From: Felis catus
Lineage: Eukaryota
Length of the DNA: 64,000 bases
Direction: 5' to 3'
Assembly (NCBI RefSeq): GCF_018350175.1
Contig: NC_058368.1
Location: 213,220,001-213,284,000, forward strand
The position numbers and the translations under genes were made by a program. Positions 28,046 through 40,850 of this stretch are shown piece by piece (position 1 is the first letter of the stretch; every line of letters begins with the position of its first letter). The notes under the pieces were generated by a model, which saw nothing but the letters and a program-made list of their open reading frames with translations, was not told where the DNA came from and did not search any database.

Positions 28046-29158
28046 CGTCTCTCTCAAAAATAAATAAATAAATGTAAAATTAAAAAAAATAGTCTAAAGA
28101 CGCCTGGGTGGCTTACCGTCAGTTAAGTGTCTGACTTCAGTTCAGGTCATGATCTCATAGTTTGTGAGTTTGAGCCCTGCATCAAACTCTCTGCTGTCAG
28201 CACAGAGCCATCTTCAGATCCTCTGTCTCCCTCCTTCTCTCCCTCCCCAACCTCAAAAATAAGTAAACATTTTAAAGAAGTAGTCTAAACAGTTACATTG
28301 AAGGTTATAACCGTATAGTAAAATTTGCCATATAATCAGATGATTACATCTTCTTGAATTAGCTTATTCCCAGAAATTTGAGGAATAGATTATGTTTTGT
28401 GAAATCTTGTGACATTGATGCCTAACATATGTATGCCTGTGCGTACATAACCATGTAATGAAATTTTTATTTTTAGTTCATGAAGTAACAAGTTAAAGAA
28501 ATGGCCTTTTTGTAAACTTGAGGAAGTGTGTATATGTATATATGTGCAGCCTATACACATGGTCATCCACAGAAAAAATGGGAAAATACATGACTATAAA
28601 CCAAACAGGGATTTACTGCATGAGTGAGAGACACTGTGTTTTGCTGTATATTGTTTCAAGGCTTTAAAAAATTTTTTTAATGTTTGTTTATTTTTGAGAG
28701 ACAGAGAGACAGACAGGGCACAATCAGGGGAGAGGCAGAGAGGGAGAGAGACACAGAATCTGAAGCAGGTTCCAGGCCTCGAGGTGTCAGCCCAGAGCCT
28801 GACATGGGGTTTGAACTCATAAACCCTGAGGTCATGAACTAAGCTGAAGTTAGGTGCTCACCTGACTGAGCTACCCAGGTGCCCCTCAAGATTTTTTCAA
28901 ATGAACATAATACTGAATTTTTTTTAAGATTTATTTTTTAATTTAGGTTTTAAAAAGCAAAATAGCATGTATACAGAAAAGTCTGAACATATAAAACAAG
29001 AACAGTATTTCACAGTATTTCAGTTGTGAAACTAATATTATTGAAGTTATTTCACCAAATATGCTTTTTTATATTGTTACATGGAGACCTAAACCTAGTT
29101 AAGAATGAATATTTTTGTCTTTAAAATTAACTCTGAATTTTGGCTCTTTTTGTTGCAG

Positions 29159-29338
29159 TTTGCATTGAGACTCCTTGCATTCCGCCAGATACACAAAGTT
29201 CTAGGCATGGATCCATTACCCCAAATGAGCCAACGTTTTAACATCCACAACAACAGGAAACGAAGAAGGGATAGCGATGGAGTCGATGGATTTGAAGCTG
29301 AGGGGAAAAAAGACAAAAAAGATTATGATAACTTTTAA
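29159..29338 (+). CDS. ZFR: ZFR last coding exon, C-terminus with basic NLS-like RKRRR
   Basis: TTGTTGCAG acceptor. Encodes [59 protein letters not shown] then TAA. Confidence 0.97.
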   Translation, partial: FALRLLAFRQIHKVLGMDPLPQMSQRFNIHNNRKRRRDSDGVDGFEAEGKKDKKDYDNF

Positions 29339-30765
29339 AAAGTTTCTGTAAATCTGCAGTGTTAAAAACAACAGGTGCCCATTTGTTGGTTGTTTTTCAT
29401 TCATAATAATGTCTACTTTGAAAAGTTTATCAAGAATTTAAAGAATTTCATGGAAGAACCAAGTTTTTCTGTGACATTAATATCTTAATGTACAGTGTTA
29501 GGTATTATATTGAATGGAAAGACACCCAAAAAAAAAATTGTGCTCCAACTAGGGGAAAAACAGTGGTTCAGATTTTTTCCCCATTATTTTGGTTTTATTT
29601 ACTGGTTGCCCTAGCTCCCCCTATTTTTGTGTCTTTTATTAACTAGTCTTATTAAATCTTTACTGTATTTAATGCAGTATTTGTGCTTCAGTTGCTATGT
29701 GTATTTTGATATTTTTATTTAGTTTTGTTTGCTCTTTGACACTAGATGTTACTTTGTGTTATAGATGATATCCTTTGCCCTTCTTAATATTTTACAGCAG
29801 TACGTTTTTTTGTAACGTGGAACTGCAGAATTTTTTCTTTTTGTTTTATTCTGTATGTGACGGATTTCAACACAAAAAGTTATCCTGCCATTTAAGTGCT
29901 CAGAACTGAATGTTTCTGCAGATCTTGTGGCATTTGTCCCTAGTGTGATATATAAAGGTGTAATTAAGACAGATTTCTGTTAATCTAATCAAGTTTGCTG
30001 TTAGTTGTGCATTAGCAGTATAAAAGCTAATATATACTATATGGTCTTGCAACAGTTTTAAAGCCTCTGCATAATTGATAATAAAAATGCATGACATTTT
30101 TGTTTTTAATAGACTTTTAAAATTATAATTTTAGGTTTGACACGTAGATCTTTGTACAGTTGACTTTTTGACATAGCAAGGCCAAAAATAACTTTCTGAA
30201 TATTTTTTTCTTCTGCATAAGTGGAAAGGGCATTTTTCATATATAAGTGGGCTAACCAATATTTTCAAAAGAACTTTATCATTGTGCAACTAACAACAGT
30301 AACTAGCCCTTAATTATGATGACAGTTCCTTATTGGTGTGTGTGAGATTACTCTAGCAAACTATTACAGTGTAACACAGTTGAATGATTCCTCCCCCTGC
30401 CCATCACCCACATAATTTACAGTTCTCTTAACAGTGAGGTTGATAAAGTATTACTGATAAAAAATTAAGGTTATCTAAGGAGAAAAACCAGAAAATTATT
30501 TGGTGTGGCCATCTTACATGCTTATGTGTCCTACAAAAAGCTAAATATTCTAGCAGTGGTGTAATGAGAAGTTACATCTTACTGTTGATGTATGTATGCT
30601 CTGGTACACAGATGTCATTTTGTTGTCACAGCACTACAGTGAAATACACAAATAAAAACTTAAATTCATATAATGACTTAAATGTATTATATGTTAGAAT
30701 TGACTCATAAACTACTTTTGCTTTGAAATGACTTATACTTCAGTAAAACCATATTCAAGTTTTTT
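29339..30765 (+). other. ZFR: ZFR 3' UTR (3' end approximate)
   Basis: AU-rich stretch free of recognisable repeats after the stop. Candidate signals: ATTAAA 29651, AATAAA 30080, AATAAA 30651, AGTAAA 30742 (followed by a U/GU-rich element). Confidence 0.7.
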
Positions 30766-30775
30766 GGGTACTTAC
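30651..30775 (+). terminator. ZFR: Distal polyadenylation region of ZFR
   Basis: AATAAA 30651-30656 and AGTAAA 30742-30747 followed by GTTTTTTGGGT. The site used cannot be determined from sequence. Confidence 0.5.
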
Positions 30776-32201
30776 ATCTTGTTATGCTACCTGAACACAT
30801 AATTTCAGAAGAATTTATAATTCAGTAGTCTATTGGCTTAACTTCTTAATTTGGTCAGAATCTTTCCCTGGACCCTTAGAGAACCAGGAAACCGTAGGAG
30901 ACGACTACCAGAGAACTAGAACAAGAAACTTGGGCTTTTTTACCAATTTTGTCACATATACTGTGTAACATTGGCAAGCCTTTTTTTTTTTTTTTTAATG
31001 TTTCTGGGTCTCCTTTTGCTCTTTTGAATAATTAGTTGCCCAGTAAAATTTTGGAATTTTGTTTTTCACAGTTCTCTTGAGAGAGAAGGCAAGAACTGAC
31101 ATTTTGTCACGCACTAATGACACAACATACCATGCTTGGTCATTTCCCGTTTTAACCTATCATAACGATAAGAATAAGTGACAGTGCTGTATTTCTTATT
31201 TTTCAGGTGAGAACACTGAAGCCCAGAGTGGCTAACTAACAAAAGATCACAGATCCACTTATGTGACAGGATTGAAATTGAGTCAGGTTTCAGTAGGAGC
31301 TATAGTTAGCGCCGTTTAAATTTTTTATGAAAATAAATGTTTCAGTACTACTTATTTTTTGCATGATGTAATAGTTTCATAGTTGTGGCTAGACCCACAT
31401 TAACCATCTTGTGTGAAATAACTTGGATTTGTTAATATCTTCTGCTTTGACAGTTTTTTAAAGAAAACTATAAACTTTAGTTAAAAGAGGCATTGGTTAT
31501 CACCCTGATAATACATTCTGGAATCAGTTGTTTTGGTAACTAATTATTAGTTATTCTCTGCATCTCAGGCTGGCTTTCCCTGTTACTTTGTTACAGTAAT
31601 TTAATGATGACCATAATAAAACAAATTGATTCCTCTCACCTACCTCCATTTAAATGATACACTCCAAATTAGAATTTTCTTTTTCTTCACCACTACTATT
31701 TCTTCTGTTTCTTTGGATAAGTTAGAATTGAAAATGCAGAACTGCATGAACAGCATAGCAAAAGATCTCTAGTTTTTATTGTTTTTTTTCAATGTTTATT
31801 CATTTTTTGAGAGAAAGAGAGCGATTGGGGGAGGGACCAGGAGAGAGGGAAAAACAGAATCTGAAGCAAGCTCCAGGCTCCAAGCTGTCAGCACAGAGCC
31901 TGATGCAGGGCTCAAACTCCTGAATGGTGAGATCATGACCTGAGCCAAAGTCAGATGCTCAACCAACTGAGACACCCAGGCACCCCCAGATCTCTGGTGT
32001 CAAGAGTATTTTAAGTAATTTTTTCCTGCTTGTTAACAAAAACATGAATAAAGATTTTTCCCAATAAAGGGCAAATTTTATAGTGTCCTAGAAAGATAAT
32101 GTTCATAGCATTGGTCTCAAATTTGACTACTCCATGAGAGTTGTCTGGAGAACATTCTAAAAAGATTGAGGAGGGCCAGAATAAGCCTAATTAGGAATGT
32201 G

Positions 32202-33325
32202 CTCTTCTCTCTCCTCTCCCTTCTCTTCTCTCTCCTCTCCTCTCCTCTCCTCTCTCCTCTCCTCTCTCCTCTCCTCTCTCCTCTCCTCTCTCCTCCTCTC
32301 CTCTCTTCTCTCTCCTCTCCTCTCTCCTCCTCTCCCCTCTCCCTCTCCCTCTCCCCTCTCCCTCTCCCTCTCCCTCTCCCTCTCCTCTCTCCTCTCTCCT
32401 CTCTCCTCTCTCCTCTCTCCTCTCTCCTCTCTCCTCTCTCCCCTCTCCCCTCTCCCCTCTCCCCTCTCCCCTCTCCCCTCTCCCCTCTCTCCCCTCTCTC
32501 CCCTCTCTCCCCTCTCTCCCCTCTCTCCCCTCTCTCCCCTCTCTCCCCTCTCTCCCCTCTCTCCCCTCTCTCCCCTCTCTCCCCTCTCTCCCCTCTCTCC
32601 CCTCTCTCCCCTCTCTCCCCTCTCTCCCCTCTCTCCCCTCTCTCCCCTCTCTCCCCTCTCTCCCCTCTCTCCCCTCTCTCCCCTCTCTCCCCTCTCTCCC
32701 CTCTCTCCCCTCTCTCCCCTCTCTCCCCTCTCTCCCCTCTCTCCCCTCTCTCCCCTCTCTCCCCTCTCTCCCCTCTCTCCCCTCTCTCCCCTCTCTCCCC
32801 TCTCTCCCCTCTCTCCCCTCTCTCCCCTCTCTCCCCTCTCTCCCCTCTCTCCCCTCTCTCCCCTCTCTCCCCTCTCTCCCCTCTCTCCCCTCTCTCCCCT
32901 CTCTCCCCTCTCTCCCCTCTCTCCCCTCTCTCCCCTCTCTCCCCTCTCTCCCCTCTCTCCCCTCTCTCCCCTCTCTCCCCTCTCTCCCCTCTCTCCCCTC
33001 TCTCCCCTCTCTCCCCTCTCTCCCCTCTCTCCCCTCTCTCCCCTCTCTCCCCTCTCTCCCCTCTCTCCCCTCTCTCCCCTCTCTCCCCTCTCTCCCCTCT
33101 CTCCCCTCTCTCCCCTCTCTCCCCTCTCTCCCCTCTCTCCCCTCTCTCCCCTCTCTCCCCTCTCCCCTCTCCCCTCTCCCCTCTCTCCCTCTCTCCCTCT
33201 CTCCCTCTCTCCCTCTCCCTCTCCCTCTCCTCTCCCTCTCCTCTCTCCCTCTCCTCTCCCCCTCTCCCCCTCCCCCCTCCCCCTCCCCCTCTCCCCCTCT
33301 CCCTCTCCCCTCTCCCCTCTCCCCT
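32202..33325. repeat. 1124-bp pure polypyrimidine/polypurine array; core (CCCCTCTCT)n of roughly 75 copies
   Basis: Only C and T on the + strand across the span. Homogeneous 9-mer at about 32480-33160, with variable shorter and longer units at the flanks. Confidence 0.97.
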
Positions 33326-34946
33326 GTCTCCAAGAGAGAATTCCACGCAAGCTCCATGTTTTCTTGCTCAGCGCAGACCCAATGTAGGGCTCAAACCTAG
33401 GAACTGTGAGATCATGACCTGAGCTGGTCAAGAATCTGACACTTAACCAACTGAGCCACCAGGCACCCCAAGGCTGTACATTTTAAGATGGCTTTCTTGT
33501 AGGTATTTACTTGAATGGATGGTTTACACACACGTTTAAAATTTTAAAGGTGTAAAGGAGTATATGGCTTAAAAGGTCTGCCTCTTGTGTTGCCCCTTCC
33601 CAGAGGCAGTCAGTGTTATCCATTGTATGTCCTTCCACACATGGTCTGTGCATGTGGCATGAACGTGTACACCTCTTTGCTTTTTTACAAATGGCTGCAT
33701 ACTGGGCTTATTCTGCACCTGCCTTCCTTTCCTTTAAATATCTGAGTCCTAGAGATTATTCCATATCAGTACACATAGGGAAATTGCATTTTTATCAAGC
33801 ACTATAAGATCATTCAAATTAGAATTTTTTTTCTTTAAGTATAGGTGGTTCTGATTGAGTGGTACATTGGTCATTCTTGAATAAATGTGCATTATAACAG
33901 TGACCATCATTTACTCTAGAGTTCAAAAGCTATTTTGTGTGTTTTTGTGTATACATTTGTTTAAATAAGTTCTGTGCCCAGCATGGGGCTTAAACTCATA
34001 ACCCTGAGATCAAGAGTCACATGCTCTACTGCCTAAGCCATTGAGGCATCCCTACAAAACTGTATCTTAAATTTTGTATTCTAAGTATTTTTTTTTTTTT
34101 TTATCAGCCACACATATATGGCAATATATATGACTGGATGGCTCAGTCCGGTAAGTATTTGACTCTTGATACATTGGCTCAGGTTATGATCTCATCTCAC
34201 AGTCATGAGATCAAGCCCGGTGTTGGGCTCCACACTGAGCATGAAGTCTGCTTGAGATTCTCTCTCTCCCTCTGCCCTCTTCTCTCAAAAAAAATAAAAA
34301 TCTTAAAATGTTAATGCTTAAGGTAGGGGTTTGGAGGGAAGTTCAAACCAACATTACCAATAACAGCTAATTTTGGTGAGATAGCATTGGAACTTCTAAC
34401 CTGGAAGGAACTCCCTGTGTCCCTTATCTGATATCCAAAGAGAGAGAAACATATCCTTAGCATTGGTTCACACCAATGTTCAGTTTGATGTTCAGTTCTG
34501 GCTGCTTCTTGTTGATGTTGTTGTTGTTAACTGAGCTTTAGCCCAATGTGGGGCTTGAACTCACAACCTTGAGATCAAGAGTCATTTGCTCTACTGTCTG
34601 AGCCAGCCAGGTGCCTGTCTGAGCATTTGTTGTTGAGTGATAACTTGGAGTGACCAAGGTAGTGAAAATTTGAAACTAAACTCTACAGTTAGAACCACAG
34701 CACAGGAGGGACAAGAGATGTGGGGGAGAGAAAGGATTAGAAGTGTCTTCAAATATGAATATCTATAGAAAGCATAGTTTTTGAAAATGTTAACTGCAAC
34801 AATAAAATAGATGAATGTCACTGGAAAGAAGTTGGTGCCTGTGTTCAAATATAACCACCTGCTTAACATTTTGGTTAAAGGTTCTGGCATTAAGTATGAA
34901 AGTATATAAGCTAACCAGATCTTTTCAAAGTTTAAGATGCTGTTAC

Positions 34947-36299
34947 CAGGAATACCTCAGATACTTGGAGGTTCAGTTCCAGACCACCATAACATAGTAA
35001 ATGTCACAATAAAGTGAGTCAAATGAATTTTTTGGTTTTCCTATATATAGATAGAAGTTATGTTCATCTATTAAGTGTGCAATACCATTATGTCTTTAGT
35101 AAACATTGTACAGGGGCATTTGGGCGGCTCAGTTGAGTCATTTAAGCGTCTGACTCTTGATTTCGGCTGAGGTCATCATCTCACGGTTTGTGAGTTCCAG
35201 CCTGGCGTCGAGAGAGAGGTGAGCATGTGTACTCTTTCAAAATAAATACATAAACTTTAAAAAAAAAAATGTACATACCTTAACTCTAAAAAATAAAAAA
35301 ATTAAAATTTTAAGAAAACAATTTTTAAAGCAAAATGCTAACCATCATCCATGCTTTCAGTGAGTCATAATCACTGATGACAGATCACCATAACAATTAT
35401 AATAATAATGAAAAAGTTTGAAATATTTTGAGAATTAGCAAATGTGACACAGAGACACTATGTGAGCAAGTGCTATGAGAAAAATGGCACTGAGAGACTT
35501 GCTTGATGCACAGTTGCCACAAACCATCAATTTGTAAAAAAACAAAAACCACACAGTATCAGGGCACCTGTCTGGCTCTCAGTTAAGTGTAGGACCTCAG
35601 CTCAAGACATGATCTCATGGTTCATGTTTTGAGCCTCACCTCAGGCTCTATGCTGTCGGTGCAGAGCCCACTTTGGATCCTCTGTCCCCCTCTCTCCCTG
35701 CCCCTCCCCTGCTCGTGTGTACTCGCACTCTCTGTCAAAAATAAACATTAAAAAAATTACAAATTTATTTATTTTGAGAGAGAGCATGCACAAGGGAGCA
35801 CATGAGTAGGGGAGGGGCAGAGAGGGAGAGAGAATCCCAAGCACACTCTGCACTGTCAGCACAGAGCCCAATGTGGGCTCTGGCTCATGAACCGTGAGAT
35901 CAGGACCTGAGCTGAAGTCAAGAATCAGACGCTTAACCGACGAAGCCATCCAAGCACCCCTAAAAAAAAAAAAAAATCTTTAAAAATAAAAAAAGCCTTG
36001 GGGCGCCTGGGTGGCGCAGTCGGTTAAGCGTCCGACTTCAGCCAGGTCACGATCTCGCGGTCCGTGAGTTCGAGCCCCGTGTCAGGCTCTGGGCTGATGG
36101 CTCAGAGCCTGGAGCCTGTTTCCGATTCTGTGTCTCCCTCTCTCTCTGCCCCTCGCCCGTTCATGCTCTGTCTCTGTCCCAAAAATAAAATAAACGTTGA
36201 AAAAAAAAAAATTAAAAAAAAAAATAAAAAAATAAAAAAAGCCTCAATATCTGTGAAGGGCAGAAATAAAGCAAAGTACAATAAAATGAGGTATGCCTT
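34947..36299 (-). mobile_element. Tigger1 deletion derivative interrupted by four Can-SINEs
   Basis: TIRs CAGGAATACCTC ... GAGGTATGCCTT. Segments such as GTTCCAGACCACC and TGACACAGAGACAC...GTTGCCACAAACC match both recalled Tigger1 ends. Confidence 0.82.
36000..36235 (+). mobile_element. Young feline Can-SINE inside Tigger1
   Basis: GGGGCGCCTGGGTGGCGCAGTCGG...GGGCTGATGGCTC, long A tail, flanking AAAAAAGCCT repeats. Confidence 0.9.
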
Positions 36300-37496
36300 T
36301 ATACTGTTAGTCCATGTGCCTAGTAAAGATCATTTGAATAGAATTCAAATAGCCATTGTCTCAAAGTTGATAATTATTTCATGGCAGCCAAAATGCAGGC
36401 ATGAATAAGATTTCGGCAAAGTGGAGGCTTGTTTTGCTCTATACCTTGTTAAATTTTCCCTTGTTTTCCATGGCATTGAAATTCCTGGTTCGTTGGTTTT
36501 ATTTCCTCCTACCTCTCCGAACATTCCTTTTGTGCTGCTGCTTCTAGGTGGCACTTTCCATGGTTCTGTCATCAACATCTTCTGCATGTGTACATGCTAT
36601 TGATGATCTCATCCACCTTTCAGGATTTAGATAACCCCCTTTGTTAAAATTATTTCCAAATCCTGCCTTTTTCCAAACTCCAGTCTATTCAGCCTACAGC
36701 CCCCAGATTATTCCTCCTAAAGCATCTGATTATGTCACTGCTACTCAAGATACCTTCAAGCAACTCTACATCAATGTACTGAACAGTATGTATTCATCCT
36801 CACAACATTGTATTTGCTACACACGAGTAAACGAGGATTTGAGATTAAGTAACTTGCTGTTTCTGTAATAAAAGGTCACTTGAATGATAGAGTTTCTTGA
36901 ATTGGGTCAGATCATCAGAAAGCTACATATTTGGAGAGTTCTTTGACTTCAAAGCCTGAGCATTTAACCTTTATGCCATGTACTTCCCATAGATGTATCC
37001 TGCAGCTAAGCCTCTTTCTGTACAATTTTAATGCTTAAGACATGGATTTTAAGTATCCCAAATTTTGTTCTACTCCAAAGGCCTACCCATCAGCCCTTTT
37101 CCAGTCTTCAGATTCTGAAGAATTCACAACACTACTTCTTTTTCAAAGGTCAGTGGTTAAGTAATAATAGGAAAAGGGAATGCCATCTCCATTGCTCTGC
37201 ATTTTAACCTTTACCTGAGCCAGAAGTCATATCTTACGTACTATATCCAGGATATAGCTATATCTTATTTGGCCCAAACTGTTAAAAACAGCCAAGGGGC
37301 GCCTGCGTGGTTCAGTAGGTTGAGTGTCCGACTTCAGCTCAGGTCATGATCGCACAGTTTGTGGGTTTGAGCCCCGCATCAGGTTCTGTGCTGACAGCTC
37401 AGAGCCTGGATCCTGCTTCGGATTCTGTGTCTTCCTCTCTCTCTGCCCCTCCCCTGCTCATTCTCTGCCTCTGTCTGTCTCAAAAATAAACATTAA

Positions 37497-37985
<489 letters not shown>

Positions 37986-39819
37986 TTAATTTTTTTTTTA
38001 ACGTTTATTTATTTTTGAGACAGAGACAGAGCATGAACAGGGGAGGGGCAGAGAGAGAGGGAGACACAGAATCCGAAACGGGCTCCAGGCTCTGAGCTGT
38101 CAGCACAGAGCCCGATGTGGGGCTCGAACTCACGGACCATGAGATCATGACCTGAGCCAAAGTCGGATGCTTAACCGACTGAGCCACCCAGGCGCCCCCC
38201 CAAAATTTTTTTTAAACAGCCAATGTTAAAGAACAATTTCACAGGGGCACTTGGGTGGCTCAGTCAGTTAAGCATCTGACTGGATTTCAGCTTAGGTCAT
38301 GATCTCACAATTCTTGAGTTCAAGCCCCACCTCTGACTCTGTGCTGGCAGTACAGAGCCTGCTTGTGATTCTTTCCCTCTCTCTCTCTGCCCCTCCCCTG
38401 CTGGTGCTCTTTCTCTCTCTCTCTCAAAATAAATAAATAAACTTAGAAAAGAAAAATTTCACAGGAAATCCCAATTTGACTTCTCTTGAAAAAATGGAAG
38501 ATCTGATGACAGAGGGCATGTGTTCCTCTGTGGTAACAATTAACTGAAGCTGAGAGGAATGGCTATTCCCTCTGGTGGACAAATTTAAGACCATCTTCTC
38601 TGGAAAGTTTATCACAGCCTCTACCATTCCCTATTTTGTCTACCAGGCTGGCCTTGTGTGCATTTGATTTTATGACATTAGAGACCCCAGTCATTTTACC
38701 TATGGACTCCTAAATTTAGTGTGCAAACACATCTCTTAAATTGAGGCATAATCTCAAAAATTACTTTCAGTTCCCAAATTCTTCAATTCTGTGATCACAT
38801 GTTTCTCTTCTTAAACACTAGGATACTTGATGTCCCTCACACTTAGTATAAAGGACAGTCATAGGGGCGCCTGGTTGGCTCAATCGGTGGAACATGTAAC
38901 TTGATCTCAGGGTTGTGAGTTCAAGCCCCATGTTGGGTGTAGAGATTACTTATTAAAAATAAATAAAATCTCAAGGACTGTCATAAACACTCAATGCACT
39001 TCCTTCATTGATTGTTTCAAGAGAAATGTCAGGAAGGAGACCTAAAATTTAAGCAAACTACATATTCAGGGAATCCTTTATTTCAAAGCAGAGACCAAAA
39101 TCTCCCAGAAATCTCATGGTAATGTTGGAGCAGCCGGTCTGTCCTCCTGTCTGCTCTTTGGTTGGACTTAATGAAAGAGGTAGAAGAATCAGTGGGAGTT
39201 GATGAGGAGCAAAGATGGGCTCAAAGGAAAATAAGATTTTCTAGATGACAAAATTCTTAATTGTATGAGTTTTTAGGGGCACCTGGGTGGCTCAGTTGGT
39301 TGAGCATCCAACTTCAGCTCAGGTCATGATCTCACCGTTCATGAGTTCGAGCCCCGTGTCGGGTTCTGAGCTGACAGCTTGGAGCCTCGTTCAGATTCTG
39401 TGTCTCCCTTTCTCTCTGCTCCTCCCCTGTTCACACTCTGTCTCTCTCTGTCTCTCAAAACTGAATGAAAATTTTAGAAAAAATTATATGAGTTTCTAAT
39501 TTTTTTTTTTTTATGAAATTTAGTGTACAACAAAGGAGATGAAAAGGAGAGGGCTTAGTCTACAGTAAAGTGGAAAGGCAGCTACACCTAAATTATTAAT
39601 TGAAACCACATTTAGATATTTTTAATGTTTATTTTTGAGAGAGAAAGGAAGTGGGGAAGGGGCAGAGAGACCAGGGGACAGAGAATCTGAAGTGGGCTCT
39701 GCACTGATAACAGTGAGCTCAATTCAGGGCTTGAACTCACGAACCTCATGAACTGTGAAATGATGACCTGAGCCAAAGATGGATACTCAACTGATTGAGC
39801 CACCCAGGTGCCCCTTGAA

Positions 39820-40850
39820 ACCAATTTATGAGTGCCAGTTCGCAGTAAAATGAAGTAAGCACCCTCATCCTGTCTGTCCCTCTGAATGTAATTATAAAAT
39901 GTGGCTAAAATACATAAAACAGCAGTTTGAGGACTCTGAAACAACTAATGGCAGGCAGATTGGAGAAGACAAGAACTGACATACCATCAAACTTAACAGT
40001 TGACCACATTTCCCCCTTCCAGAGGTAAAATCACTGCTTAGCCATGAATTTGAATAGAGCCATGGAAGTGTGTGGCAGGCAGCAGTAACTAAAGACCCAG
40101 CTGGGACTTTTCCTGGCCAGAGGATTGAAAGGGGGAGTCCTGGGTAACTAGAACATACTGGGCAGATTGGGGAGAGGGAGAAGCTAGGGTAAGTGACCCC
40201 ATAAAGTTATCTATGAATAACTTCACGATTTTTTCTGGTGCCCAACCTCAACTTATTTTATGAGGCCAACATTACCATGATATCAAAACCAAATAAACAC
40301 AGTTCAAAGAAAGCTCAGGACTGGCTGGCTGGCTCAGTTGGTAGAGCACGTGACTCTGGATCTCAGGGTTATGAGTTCAAGCCCCACATTGGGTGTAGAA
40401 CTTACTTTAAAAAAAAGTTCAGACCGGGGCGCCTGGGTGGCACAGTCGGTTAAGCGTCCGACTTCAGCCAGGTCACGATCTCGCGGTCCGTGAGTTCGAG
40501 CCCCGCGTCGGGCTCTGGGCTGATGGCTCGGAGCCTGGAGCCTGTTTCCGATTCTGTGTCTCCCTCTCTCTCTACCCCTCCCCCGTTCATGCTCTGTCTC
40601 TCTCTGTCCCAAAAATAAATAAAAAACGTTGAAAAAACAAAATAAAAAAAAATGCATTTAAAAAAAAAAAGTTCAGACCAATGTACCTGATGAAATTAGA
40701 TTGAAGAACCCTTAATGAGAGATTTATCAAATCATATCCAGCAATATATGTGAAGAATAATATACTACAACCAAGTGGAGTTTATCTTAGGAATGTAAAG
40801 TGGACTCAATAAATGAAAATCAATCAACATACAAATTTTACTACTGAAAG
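39820..40850 (+). mobile_element. Old LINE-1 remnant (5'-end-like segment plus ORF2 RT fragment) with nested SINEs
   Basis: PNLNLFYEANITMISKPNK at 40238 continues after the SINEs as degenerate RPISLM...DQVGFI...KSIN-like sequence. Confidence 0.7.
40426..40662 (+). mobile_element. Young feline Can-SINE
   Basis: CpGs intact, long A tail, TSD AAAAAAAAGTTCAGACC. Confidence 0.93.

Noticed and set aside
32117..33431. Five ORFs of 388-418 aa (ERG/GRE and SPL repeats)
   Set aside because: A C/T-only strand and its G/A-only complement cannot contain stop codons; these are translation artefacts of the array.
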